A stretch of DNA of 44,700 nucleotides from a virus (IMGVR_UViG_3300032069_000208:1-44700); one strand, 5' to 3'; shown: positions 1-8,463, numbered from the stretch's first letter. Notes: generated from the letters alone by a model not told the origin. A program made the numbers and translations.

Positions 1-260
1 TGAGCGTGGCCTACCTGAGCGGGGCCAACCTGCGCGGGGCCAACCTGCGCGGGGCCAACCTAAGCGGGGCCAACCTGAGCGAGGCCGACCTGAGCGGGGC
101 CAACCTGCGCGGGGCCAACCTAAGCGGGGCCAACCTGAGCGAGGCCAACCTGAGCGAGGCCAACCTAAGCGGGGCCAACCTGAGCGAGGCCGACCTGCGC
201 CGGGCCAACCTAAGCGAGGCCGACCTGCGCCGGGCCAACCTAAGCGGGGCCAACCTGAGT
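1..260 (+). repeat. 15-bp coding tandem repeats of the pentapeptide gene (also about 44497..44700)
   Basis: Units such as GCCAACCTGAGCGGG and GCCAACCTGCGCGGG, with no unique spacers. Confidence 0.95.
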
Positions 261-596
261 GACGTGAAATATCTACCCGCCTTTCAAATCTGTGAAGGCG
301 ATCTGATCGCGTATAAGAAAGTGAAAGGTAAGATTGTAACCCTATCCGTTCCGAAAGATGCCAAACGTACCGCATCTATTGTCGGTCGGAAATGCCGGGC
401 GGAATACGCAATGGTTCTGGAAATCGAAGGGCACGCACCGGTGACGAGTAATGGTCGCGGAAATGGGATTGCCACGCTGTATGAAGAGGGCAAGGAGGTG
501 CGGGCCGACAGTTATGACCCTGACTGGAGAGTGGAGTGTTCGCACGGTATTCACTTCTGGTTAACACGGAAAGAAGCTGAGGACTTTACGGCATGA
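1..596 (+). CDS. Pentapeptide-repeat protein, C-terminal part with DUF5758-like domain (whole gene about 292 aa)
   Basis: A(N/D)L(S/R)(G/E) repeats, then [42 protein letters not shown]. Confidence 0.88.
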   Translation, partial: SVAYLSGANLRGANLRGANLSGANLSEADLSGANLRGANLSGANLSEANLSEANLSGANLSEADLRRANLSEADLRRANLSGANLSDVKYLPAFQICEGDLIAYKKVKGKIVTLSVPKDAKRTASIVGRKCRAEYAMVLEIEGHAPVTSNGRGNGIATLYEEGKEVRADSYDPDWRVECSHGIHFWLTRKEAEDFTA

Positions 597-689
597 CACT
601 TGCAGTTTTGCTTATAGCCGCTGGATGGGCCGCTCTTGTGCTTGCGTTCCTCGGCGTGGATGCGCTGAGGGAGCGCAGGCGCGAGCGCA
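590..689 (+). repeat. 100-bp direct repeat, copy A (copy B at 44260..44359)
   Basis: GGCATGACACTTGCAGTTTTG...GCGAGCGCA, 3 mismatches between copies. Confidence 0.95.
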
Positions 690-727
690 GGGCCCGGGCC
701 GACATGGATTACCGGGAGGATGAGTGA
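593..727 (+). CDS. Small single-TM protein (44 aa), paralogue of 44263..44421
   Basis: [32 protein letters not shown]; ATGA and TGATG overlaps with both neighbours. Confidence 0.7.
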   Translation: MTLAVLLIAAGWAALVLAFLGVDALRERRRERRARADMDYREDE

Positions 728-1203
728 TGCCCATCCTTGCGCACAACCGGGCTCTCTATCCCCCGGACTGGCCTGCGATCCGCGCCCGAATCCTTGCGCG
801 TGATGAGAACCGATGTAAATGGTGCGGGGTGGAGAATTATGCGGTGGGATACCGGGACGCAAAAGGAACATGGCATCGCCTCGCCGGAAATGGACCATGT
901 GACGCCGCTGGAGTGGGACATTCTTGGCCTAACTACCAACAACTTGCTTACGCCGAAGCTAGGGAGATTGCCGATGTCCAGAACGATTGCGTGGGCCATC
1001 GGGATGACGAAGGGCATCATTGGCGTGTGATTGTGCTTACCATCGCGCACCTTGACCACGATCCACGAAATTGCGCGGATGAGAATCTTTCGGCGCTTTG
1101 CCAGCAGTGTCACAACCGCTACGACCGTCCGCACCGGAACCGCACGCGCAGACTCGGAAGCGAGATCGGACAGATGGGATTGGCCGTGGAGTACCGGGAA
1201 TGA
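727..1203 (+). CDS. HNH endonuclease
   Basis: DWPAIRARILARDENRCKWCG...VLTIAHLDHDPRNCADENLSALCQQCHNRYD. Confidence 0.85.
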   Translation: MPILAHNRALYPPDWPAIRARILARDENRCKWCGVENYAVGYRDAKGTWHRLAGNGPCDAAGVGHSWPNYQQLAYAEAREIADVQNDCVGHRDDEGHHWRVIVLTIAHLDHDPRNCADENLSALCQQCHNRYDRPHRNRTRRLGSEIGQMGLAVEYRE

Positions 1204-1237
1204 AGGCCCCCGGGCTTGCGGGGATAAGGGGGGATCA

Positions 1238-1570
1238 GTGATTTTCATACAATTCGCGCAATATCTCGGGACGCACGTTCCCGCCCTCGGAGCATTCCTC
1301 GTTTCGCTATGCGTGGTCGTTGTTCTTTGCCTCGTGTCCTACAAGCTAGGCAGGCACACGACGAACAACCGCTGGCGATGGGACGTTGAGCACATGCCGG
1401 CGGTGATCGGCCAGGACATCCGAGAGCGCAAGGACCGAGAGATCGCCGTGCTGCAAGATCGCGTAGAATTGCTGAGGGAGCGGTTGCGGATATTGGAGCC
1501 GCTGAGCTCCGGGGTGATCGACCTGGTACGCCGTTCGACGGAGCCGCGCGCGGCGGGAGGGAATAAATAA
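1238..1570 (+). CDS. Hypothetical membrane-anchored coiled-coil protein
   Basis: GTG after AAGGGGGG; hydrophobic segment ALGAFLVSLCVVVVLCLVSY, then a helical region. Confidence 0.6.
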   Translation: MIFIQFAQYLGTHVPALGAFLVSLCVVVVLCLVSYKLGRHTTNNRWRWDVEHMPAVIGQDIRERKDREIAVLQDRVELLRERLRILEPLSSGVIDLVRRSTEPRAAGGNK

Positions 1571-1753
1571 ATGAAAGGTAATAAGCGTTTTCTGCGTCAT
1601 TGCGATTTCACATTATCGCACTGTTTCAAGGGATCGATCTGCCCCAAGTGGCGAGCTGATTACGTGACGGAGTACTGTGGTAAAGCTGACATGATGACCG
1701 ACGAGTTCAAGTGCACGCGATTTCCAAAGGAGGCAAGCAATGATAAGCGCTGA
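1571..1753 (+). CDS. Small Cys-rich hypothetical protein
   Basis: GGAGG RBS, 60 aa, five Cys. Confidence 0.55.
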   Translation: MKGNKRFLRHCDFTLSHCFKGSICPKWRADYVTEYCGKADMMTDEFKCTRFPKEASNDKR

Positions 1754-1785
1754 GCACATCGAGGGTTGGAAAAGAGGGGAAAACT

Positions 1786-2370
1786 ATGAGTGATGATTTC
1801 AGACAGAGTTTTGACGCCCGTGACTGGGCAAAGGCATTCTGCGAACGTTTCCCGCAGAATGATGAGGGAACCATGATTGGCTGGTTCGCAAATGCGCTGA
1901 TGAGAGGCTATGACGAACCCCACCATGGAGCGAAGGCACCCGATTTAGGTCCATTGATGTCGAGTGAGCACATGGCCCGCTGCCAGGCGATGCCGGGCGG
2001 GGTGACGGAGAGCGAGAAGGCGATCATTGGTGACCTGAGGGATATGGAGGCCCTACAAGAGCAGAACATTGAGATAGTCAAGCAAGCACTAGGCAGGGCG
2101 GCATCCGCCGAGAAAGGGCACGCCGACTACGTGCAGGAATGCAACGTGCTGCACAATGAGGACAACGCGAAACTCCAGGCCGCCGAGGCCCTGTTGGTGG
2201 AAGCTCGGGAGGCGCTGAAGGAAGCAGAAAGGCGATTGCGTTTCATGGCTGACTTCTTCGACGTGGACAACCTTACTCAGCAATCCTATCAAAGAGAAAC
2301 CATTGCAGCCGCCGACAAGGCCCACGTCTTGCTCGCTCGGCTGGAGCGGAAGGAGGGGGGAACACCATGA
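1786..2370 (+). CDS. Hypothetical protein
   Basis: RBS AGAGGGG; N-terminal FDARDWAKAF..MIGWFANALMRGYD, coiled-coil C-terminus. Confidence 0.7.
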   Translation: MSDDFRQSFDARDWAKAFCERFPQNDEGTMIGWFANALMRGYDEPHHGAKAPDLGPLMSSEHMARCQAMPGGVTESEKAIIGDLRDMEALQEQNIEIVKQALGRAASAEKGHADYVQECNVLHNEDNAKLQAAEALLVEAREALKEAERRLRFMADFFDVDNLTQQSYQRETIAAADKAHVLLARLERKEGGTP

Positions 2371-2528
2371 TGTGCCAAGCTTGTGAGGAAGGACGACACT
2401 GGGATTGCGGAATGCAGATGTGGTGCGAATGTGATTGTCTAGGACCGGAGGGGGAGTACCCGGATTTTCCGGATTACGGCATGAACGATACCTTCGAGCC
2501 TGGGGATGAGGCAAAGGAGACTCGTTGA
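2367..2528 (+). CDS. Small Cys-rich acidic protein (53 aa, not in the ORF track)
   Basis: MMCQACEEGRHWDCGMQMWCECDC...AKETR; strong RBS and overlaps at both ends. Confidence 0.65.
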   Translation: MMCQACEEGRHWDCGMQMWCECDCLGPEGEYPDFPDYGMNDTFEPGDEAKETR

Positions 2529-2848
2529 TGGACCTGATCTATTCAGATGAAAGGAGAAAGGAAATGGGAACCATGGTTGATTCAGGGTCATCTGAGCGGA
2601 AATCCGCTCTCTTGGATGCGATTCATGAACTGGAGTCTGAGATTGATTCCCTCAGTGTCAAGGGGATTCCAGCAATCAGATCGGCATTCAAATCTGTTTT
2701 AATGCCAGAACTACCAAAAGAAAAAGCGGTGATCGAGCTTAAATGTGCTGCTGATTGTGAGGCCGTTGAACGGATTCAGAAAATGACGGAGGGGGTCCGT
2801 GCCATTAGTAACGCAATCAATGATATTCAATCGCGTTCGAGAGCATGA
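2528..2848 (+). CDS. Hypothetical protein with MDL-type start
   Basis: AAGGAG RBS, TGATG coupling. Confidence 0.6.
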   Translation: MDLIYSDERRKEMGTMVDSGSSERKSALLDAIHELESEIDSLSVKGIPAIRSAFKSVLMPELPKEKAVIELKCAADCEAVERIQKMTEGVRAISNAINDIQSRSRA

Positions 2849-2875
2849 TTGGCGTGCGAGGGGAAGGAGATCGCG

Positions 2876-3031
2876 ATGGACCTGAAAGAATCCATCCGGT
2901 GTCTGCTGTGCAATGGTTACGGGCGGCTCCCGCTCGGCTCCGTCTTTGACGGTGTGGTATACGGCTGGACGGAGTGCCCCCGTTGCAAAGGTGCCGGTAA
3001 AATCCCTATCAAAGCAAAGGAGACAAGGTGA
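2876..3031 (+). CDS. Small DnaJ-type zinc-finger protein
   Basis: CLLCNGYG and CPRCKGAG motifs; ends AKETR. Confidence 0.65.
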   Translation: MDLKESIRCLLCNGYGRLPLGSVFDGVVYGWTECPRCKGAGKIPIKAKETR

Positions 3032-3321
3032 TGGACCTGATAACTGAACTGGAAAAGCTGATCGACGAGTTACAGTCCATCATCGCGGAGGGGATGGGTG
3101 GCCCCCATGGATACAACAAGACACATATAGCCGATGCCCTGGGAATGCAGAATAGGCTGCGCGCCATTCTGCTCGCCAAGCCCGAGGAACCTTCTCTGCT
3201 TGTTGATGCCATGAAACTCTTGGACATCGCGGGCCTGTGGAAAGAGCCCGTTGACGAACAGTGGCGACAAAGCTATCTGGACCTGCGAACGAGATATTAC
3301 ACCCAAGAGATCGCCTCGTAG
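3031..3321 (+). CDS. Hypothetical protein, MDLIxELE family
   Basis: Starts MDLITELEK after an AAGGAG RBS. Confidence 0.7.
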   Translation: MDLITELEKLIDELQSIIAEGMGGPHGYNKTHIADALGMQNRLRAILLAKPEEPSLLVDAMKLLDIAGLWKEPVDEQWRQSYLDLRTRYYTQEIAS

Positions 3322-3369
3322 AAGCCAACCCGGCTCTGCGTGCGATGTGGCAGACACAAGGAGGGATCT

Positions 3370-4170
3370 ATGGACCTGATATCTGAACTGGAAGGGGCGA
3401 GAAAAGATTGGCTTACTCTGGCGGCCATGACCGCCACGCATCCGGCGGCAAGCTCGGCATACGGGGAGTGCGCGAAACGGGCCGCTTGCTTGCTGTCCGC
3501 CGCCAAGCAGGAGCCGGGGCTGGACAAGCCGTTCGCCTCGTTCTGCCCGGGCTGCGGGCCCAACGTCTACATCGACGAGGATGGCTGTTGCTCATCGTGC
3601 GGGTCAACGGCTATCGGTGACGGGCTGATCCGGCTCAACGAGCGCATCCAAGCCCTCATCCGCTGTCCCGCTTGTGACGGTACGGGATTGGTAGATGGAG
3701 ATACGCCCGGGGGAGAGGCTACCTGCTATCAGTGCGAAGGCACCGGGAGATCCCGCCCCGCGCCTCCCCCTGACGGCGGCCTGATCTCTCGTCTGGCTGA
3801 CGCGTTGGACAGCGAGCATGCGTCTCGGGAGATGGTGCTTGGCCGTGGTCACCGCGAACCGTGCGAGACGTGCGCGCTGATTGTTGAAGCCAAGGAGGCT
3901 TCCGCCCTCGCCACTTCCAGCGCGGGGGAGAGGCCGGAGCACCCGAAGTTGTCCATCGCCATTCAGGAGGGCTACGAGCCTGATGCCCCGCCCCCCGCGC
4001 CCGCCGAGAAGCGGTGGAGGTGCACGAATTGCGGAGAAGTCGTGGTATTTACCGAACTCTGCATGCACGGCGGGAAATACGAGCATTCGGGCCATCAGAA
4101 AGCGCCGGGAAATCGATGGTTACTGTGGTGCGGCCCCGTGGTCGCAGCAAGTGACGGAGGGGGGGGGTGA
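3370..4170 (+). CDS. Mosaic multi-zinc-finger protein, MDLIxELE family
   Basis: CPGCG/CSSCG, CPACDGTG/CYQCEGTG, CETC, CTNCG; ends VVAASDGGGG. Confidence 0.75.
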   Translation: MDLISELEGARKDWLTLAAMTATHPAASSAYGECAKRAACLLSAAKQEPGLDKPFASFCPGCGPNVYIDEDGCCSSCGSTAIGDGLIRLNERIQALIRCPACDGTGLVDGDTPGGEATCYQCEGTGRSRPAPPPDGGLISRLADALDSEHASREMVLGRGHREPCETCALIVEAKEASALATSSAGERPEHPKLSIAIQEGYEPDAPPPAPAEKRWRCTNCGEVVVFTELCMHGGKYEHSGHQKAPGNRWLLWCGPVVAASDGGGG

Positions 4171-5900
4171 CCTATCTCTCCGTTTGCTCTGGCATTGAGG
4201 CCGCAACCGTGGCGTGGCATCCGCTGGGGTGGGTACCCATTGCATTCTCAGAGATCGAGCCTTTCCCGTGCGCCGTACTGGCTCATCATTACTCCAGCGT
4301 GCCGAATCTCGGCGACATGACCGCATACAAGGAGTGGCAAATTGGAGCAGTTGACCTTCTCGTTGGCGGCACCCCCTGCCAGAGCTTCAGCGTCGCCGGA
4401 CTCAGAAAGGGACTCGACGATCCGCGAGGCAATCTCATGCTCGTCTATCTGGCAATTGCTCGGCGGTTTGCTCCCCGATGGGTGGTATGGGAAAACGTCC
4501 CTGGTGTGATAAGCGACAAGACCGGCGCTCTCCGATGTCTTCTTGACGGGCTTGAAGAATTAGGGTATATAATTGATATTGATATACTTGATGCTCAATT
4601 TCATGGTGTCCCACAGAGACGAAGGAGAGTATTTGTATGCGGAGAACACAGAGACGATTTACTGAAAGCGAAGACAGATTCATCCGCGCTCACTATCGGA
4701 CAATGCTGGCAAGAGATATTGCACAGCATCTTGATAGAGAAATCCAACAGATTCGCAAAAGAGCAGGGAAACTCGGACTCAGCATTCCTCTCAAGAGATG
4801 GCGTGGTGAGGAGGATGCAATTATTCGGGTTGGCTGGGGAACAAAAAAGCTTCGGGAACTTGCGAAAGAACTTAATCGCGGCCTTCCAGAGGTGTCAAAT
4901 CGAGCAAAAAAACTCGGATGTTCGCCGTGGAGAAAGGGAAAAGGAACGCATTCGGGAAGACCAATCGATGGCTTCCGAAACGGGAAGCCTGTATTCACTC
5001 ACAGAAGAGTCATTGAGCAATACCTTGGAAGAAAGCTACGAAGTGATGAAATCATACATCACATCGATTGGAACAAATTCAATAACGTTCCAGCAAATCT
5101 ATATCTGTTCAAGAGCCGTTCTGCTCATCGCAAAGCTCACTGTTCTTTTGAATCCATCATCCCCGTGCTTCTGGAGCGCCGCATTATCGAGTTTGAACGC
5201 GCTGGAGGAGTTTATAGATTATGCGCGATCCGCAAGTAGCGACCTTTTTGGAGACTTGGAGCGGGTTCAGGCGTGGCGTGATTTCATCCGAGAAGCCGAA
5301 CCAACAAACGACGCTCTCGCAGATATTGGAATCGAATGTTTCGGCCAAGTATTTCCTATCCGCGAAAGCCTGCGCGGGTATCCTCCGCCGAGCCGAGAAG
5401 CGGGGGAAAAAGTTGCCCTCCCAGTTACGAGCCGCGTTGACCGAGGCGGCGAGCACGGGAACATCAAAGCAGACCATGCCTGGACGGGCCAACTAATCAG
5501 TAAGGCCGTCAACGCACATGGTGGCAGCGGGCGCATGGACGGGAAGTCGGAGACCTTCATCACCGGTACCTTGAATGCGAACGGCAAAGCGGCAGGTAGC
5601 GCAACGCAACAGGATGCCGAAACTGGGATGCTCATTGCCTCCTCCCTCCCCTCCGTCCGAAGACTTACCCCCACGGAAAGCGAAAGACTCCAAGGATTTC
5701 CGGACGGATACACAAATATCCCGTGGGGACGGAAAAGCATAAGGACATGGGCCACGGGGGACAACTGCGCAGACGGCCCGCGCTACAAGGCGCTGGGTAA
5801 TAGCATGGCCGTACCATGTATGGCGTGGCTCGGGGAACGAATCAAGCGCGTGGTCGAAGCAAGCGAAGGGGGGGGCAGGAATGAGAATAGCCTACGCTGA
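4167..5900 (+). CDS. dcm: DNA (cytosine-5)-methyltransferase with an insertion of about 230 aa
   Basis: Motif I YLSVCSGIEAA, IV GGTPCQSFS, VI WENVPG, VIII PQRRRRVF, IX RRLTPTESERLQGFPD, X RYKALGNSMAVP. Confidence 0.93.
   Translation: MTYLSVCSGIEAATVAWHPLGWVPIAFSEIEPFPCAVLAHHYSSVPNLGDMTAYKEWQIGAVDLLVGGTPCQSFSVAGLRKGLDDPRGNLMLVYLAIARRFAPRWVVWENVPGVISDKTGALRCLLDGLEELGYIIDIDILDAQFHGVPQRRRRVFVCGEHRDDLLKAKTDSSALTIGQCWQEILHSILIEKSNRFAKEQGNSDSAFLSRDGVVRRMQLFGLAGEQKSFGNLRKNLIAAFQRCQIEQKNSDVRRGEREKERIREDQSMASETGSLYSLTEESLSNTLEESYEVMKSYITSIGTNSITFQQIYICSRAVLLIAKLTVLLNPSSPCFWSAALSSLNALEEFIDYARSASSDLFGDLERVQAWRDFIREAEPTNDALADIGIECFGQVFPIRESLRGYPPPSREAGEKVALPVTSRVDRGGEHGNIKADHAWTGQLISKAVNAHGGSGRMDGKSETFITGTLNANGKAAGSATQQDAETGMLIASSLPSVRRLTPTESERLQGFPDGYTNIPWGRKSIRTWATGDNCADGPRYKALGNSMAVPCMAWLGERIKRVVEASEGGGRNENSLR
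4637..5239 (+). CDS. HNH endonuclease with two N-terminal Myb/HTH-like repeats, nested in dcm in another frame
   Basis: Own RBS AAGGAGAG; FTESEDRFI and WRGEEDAII repeats; HRRVIEQYLGRKLRSDEIIHHIDWNKFNNVPANL. Confidence 0.85.
   Translation: MRRTQRRFTESEDRFIRAHYRTMLARDIAQHLDREIQQIRKRAGKLGLSIPLKRWRGEEDAIIRVGWGTKKLRELAKELNRGLPEVSNRAKKLGCSPWRKGKGTHSGRPIDGFRNGKPVFTHRRVIEQYLGRKLRSDEIIHHIDWNKFNNVPANLYLFKSRSAHRKAHCSFESIIPVLLERRIIEFERAGGVYRLCAIRK
5221..5496 (+). CDS. Small ORF overprinted on dcm in the third frame
   Basis: GGAGGAG RBS; LSQILE..KYFLSAKACAGILRRAEKRGKKLP..LRAAL, a peptide I recall from alternate frames of other phage C5-methyltransferase genes. Confidence 0.65.
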   Translation: MRDPQVATFLETWSGFRRGVISSEKPNQQTTLSQILESNVSAKYFLSAKACAGILRRAEKRGKKLPSQLRAALTEAASTGTSKQTMPGRAN

Positions 5901-6360
5901 TCCTCCCTACGTCGGGCAGGGAAAGCGCTACGGATGCGAAGAGATCGACCATTCCGATCTAATAGCCCGTCTTGTGCGTGATTTCCCTGACGGATGGGCT
6001 CTTTCTCTGAGCTCGAACAGCCTCCGCCAAATCCTCGATCTATGTCCTACGAAGGTGCGCGTTGCCGCATGGGTTAAAACGTTCGCTATTTTCAAACCCG
6101 GCATCACGCCAGCCTATGCATGGGAGCCGGTGATTTTTGCGGGCGGGCGAAAGCGAACCCGAAAGGAATTCTCGGGACGCGATTGGTGTGCCGCTAATAT
6201 TGTGCAAAAGGGATTCACCGGGGCGAAGCCGCGCGAGTTCTGTTGGTGGTTATTCGATGATCTCATGGGGATGAAACCCGACGACGAACTGGTAGATCTA
6301 TTCCCCGGCACGGGGGCGGTAACAAGAGCATGGGAGTCATGGAAGAGCTTGCGCGCCTGA
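5881..6360 (+). CDS. Small amino (N6-A/N4-C) DNA methyltransferase-like protein
   Basis: N-terminal YADPPY and C-terminal DLFPGTG. Confidence 0.8.
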   Translation: MRIAYADPPYVGQGKRYGCEEIDHSDLIARLVRDFPDGWALSLSSNSLRQILDLCPTKVRVAAWVKTFAIFKPGITPAYAWEPVIFAGGRKRTRKEFSGRDWCAANIVQKGFTGAKPREFCWWLFDDLMGMKPDDELVDLFPGTGAVTRAWESWKSLRA

Positions 6361-6459
6361 AATGTGCCATAAAACGAGCAAGGGGCCGAGCATCGTCCGC
6401 ATTGGTTGCCTGCCGCTCGACGGGTCTCCATTCTGGCCAGCAAGCGAAGGAGGGAAGGC

Positions 6460-6801
6460 ATGAAGCGCAGATACACGGGATGTCCCGAGCGCGGAGAGGA
6501 AGACGCCGGCCGGCATCTATGTCCTGTCACGCACGGAGCCGAGCGCGAGATGGAGTTGCAGTGGGTTTGCGAGACCTGCGGGCACCGGGAGGCAATCGAT
6601 GAGCATGCCGACGTTGCCGACGAGACTTTCGATGAATTGAACGCCCGATGGTACCGGGAGGACCCACGGATAGTAGCGCTCGTAGCGGCAGCACGGGAAG
6701 GACTCGATTTTTGGGATGATGAGGATGGGGATAATTTAAGAGAGTGGCGGGGCCAAATGAGCGTCGCCCTCGCCCCCTTCGAACACCGGGAGGTGACGTG
6801 A
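6460..6801 (+). CDS. Hypothetical zinc-ribbon protein
   Basis: AAGGAGG RBS; CPVTH..CETCG. Confidence 0.6.
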   Translation: MKRRYTGCPERGEEDAGRHLCPVTHGAEREMELQWVCETCGHREAIDEHADVADETFDELNARWYREDPRIVALVAAAREGLDFWDDEDGDNLREWRGQMSVALAPFEHREVT

Positions 6802-6995
6802 TGGAGTACACGACGAACAATACGAGTGACAAGATTGTCATAACGACGTGGCTGGTAACTATCCCGACGTGTACGCTGCGGCAGAGGCTTCGCCTCCTCT
6901 GGAAGGCGCTCTTGTCGCTGCCTCGCTTCCGTAGGGAGATCAACACCGCCGAGTGGGTGCCGTCATACAGCGTGACCTGGTGGAGGCGGAAATGA
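6801..6995 (+). CDS. Hypothetical protein
   Basis: GGAGGTG RBS, TGATG coupling. Confidence 0.55.
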   Translation: MEYTTNNTSDKIVITTWLVTIPTCTLRQRLRLLWKALLSLPRFRREINTAEWVPSYSVTWWRRK

Positions 6996-6996
6996 G

Positions 6997-7059
6997 GATG
7001 GACCTGATAGCTGAACTGGAAAACCTGGTGGCGGATTGGGCCCGTACCGATCAGGCGGG
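6997..7059 (+). repeat. 63-bp perfect direct repeat (second copy 7602..7664)
   Basis: GATGGACCTGATAGCTGAACTGG...GATCAGGCGGG identical in both copies, offset 605 bp. Confidence 0.95.
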
Positions 7060-7395
7060 GGCCGTCCTGTGGCCCGAGGGTGTAATCAAAAGAGGATTGC
7101 AGAAGTTACTCGTCTTGTCACAAATGGAACGAAGAATGCTTGTTCATTTCTGTACTCGGCAGCTGCACGCGCGGCCCACGCTATGGGGTACGACTCCATA
7201 CAGACCTATATTCTTGACGATGAATCTGGAACGTCGCTCAAGGCGAGTGGTTGGATATTAGATCATGTAACTGCTGGTGGATTGTGGGATACACCATCGA
7301 GGCCGCGTGACGATAAACACCCGACGATGGTCAAGCAATGCTGGGTAAAAAGATTTCGTGTGGTCGAAGCAAGCGAAGGAGGAGGGCAGATATGA
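6998..7395 (+). pseudogene. MDLIAELE leader fused out of frame to a 5'-truncated XF1762-like (GNAT-fold) gene
   Basis: GRPVAR..EVTRL..NACSFLYSAAARAA..GY..IQTYIL..ESGTSLKASGW starts right after the repeat, in the -1 frame relative to the leader. Confidence 0.6.
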
Positions 7396-7619
7396 GCATG
7401 AAGTATGAGGGGAAATATACCGCCTATCGCTGCACCGAATGCGGCGCTGTCCAACTAGTTCTGGAGGGAGAACAGCCGGATGAATGCATGATGTGCAATG
7501 GCAAGGGAAATGCCTTAATCGAGGCCGAGAAGGATAAGCTTCGCCTGGAAGGTGCGGCGTCAGTGTTGTTTCCCAAACCCGGCGTGAAGGGAGGAGATCA
7601 CGATGGACCTGATAGCTGA
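7392..7619 (+). CDS. Small zinc-ribbon protein
   Basis: YRCTECG..ECMMCNG; GGAGG RBS. Confidence 0.65.
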   Translation: MSMKYEGKYTAYRCTECGAVQLVLEGEQPDECMMCNGKGNALIEAEKDKLRLEGAASVLFPKPGVKGGDHDGPDS

Positions 7620-7788
7620 ACTGGAAAACCTGGTGGCGGATTGGGCCCGTACCGATCAGGCGGGTGGTGGATGTCCGGGCTGCCAGAACCGCAGGGCGCA
7701 AGTATCGGAACTACTGTCCGCTATCAAGCAGGAGCCGGGCCCGGAGCCGGGACTACGTTGGTGGGAGCCGGAGGTGAAGGATGGGTGA
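7603..7788 (+). CDS. Small MDLIxELE-family protein
   Basis: MDLIAELE..LLSAIKQEPG, matching the N-terminus of 3370..4170. Confidence 0.65.
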   Translation: MDLIAELENLVADWARTDQAGGGCPGCQNRRAQVSELLSAIKQEPGPEPGLRWWEPEVKDG

Positions 7789-7963
7789 TACATGGCTTGA
7801 ATGGTGTCCTTCGTGTAAGCGAAGACATCGCGTCAAAAATCAGAAATGTCCATCATGCGGAGTCTATGAGGTTCCGCAACCAGTATCAAACAACGTAGCC
7901 AACAATTGCTACGCATCCTATGAGTGCGACGGTTGCGAAGCGTATAGGGGGCACATGGCATGA
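7781..7963 (+). CDS. Small Cys-rich protein
   Basis: CPSC..CPSC..CDGC; GGAGGTG RBS. Confidence 0.6.
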   Translation: MGDTWLEWCPSCKRRHRVKNQKCPSCGVYEVPQPVSNNVANNCYASYECDGCEAYRGHMA

Positions 7964-8436
7964 ACAAGGAACAGCTCCGTGCATATGCGGAGCACATCTA
8001 TCGCGAGGCCCTGCCCCCCTCGCATCCTTCCATGGAGAGCATCATGCTCGGCAATGGCCATCCCGACGAGGGTCCCTGTGTGGTCTGCGGGCATGTGTTC
8101 GATGCGCACGCTGAGGGTTGTGTGTTCGACAAGACCGCGCATCTCGACGGGCTGCGGAAGGCATGGGCGAAATTAAAACCGTGGGTCAAGAATCTTGTGG
8201 ACTCTCTGGATAGAACCGACGTCAAGCGCGACGATGGCGTAAAAGCATCGAAGGTAGTTCGAGATGTAATGGACGCAATCGACGTCGCCCTCGCCGCCAG
8301 TGCAGAGAAGGCTCGCTGTGTTTGCTGTGACAACCCTGCGCGAGAAGGAAAGCTGACCTGCGCTGAGCATGACAGCCAGGAGGAGGCGTCGTGGGATGAG
8401 CATCGGCAGAACTACGGAAAGCACTCCAGATGGTGA
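7960..8436 (+). CDS. Hypothetical protein
   Basis: ATGA coupling; CVVCG and CVCCD..CAEH motifs. Confidence 0.65.
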   Translation: MNKEQLRAYAEHIYREALPPSHPSMESIMLGNGHPDEGPCVVCGHVFDAHAEGCVFDKTAHLDGLRKAWAKLKPWVKNLVDSLDRTDVKRDDGVKASKVVRDVMDAIDVALAASAEKARCVCCDNPAREGKLTCAEHDSQEEASWDEHRQNYGKHSRW

Positions 8437-8463
8437 GATCAAAGCACAGTGAAGGAGGTAGGC

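Noticed and set aside
1-260. Regular short repeats as a CRISPR array
   Set aside because: 15-bp tandem units with no unique spacers, fully explained as pentapeptide codons; no cas genes.
4630-5345. dcm insertion as an intein
   Set aside because: No His-Asn/Cys-Ser-Thr C-terminal junction in the dcm frame, and the nuclease is in a different frame with its own RBS.
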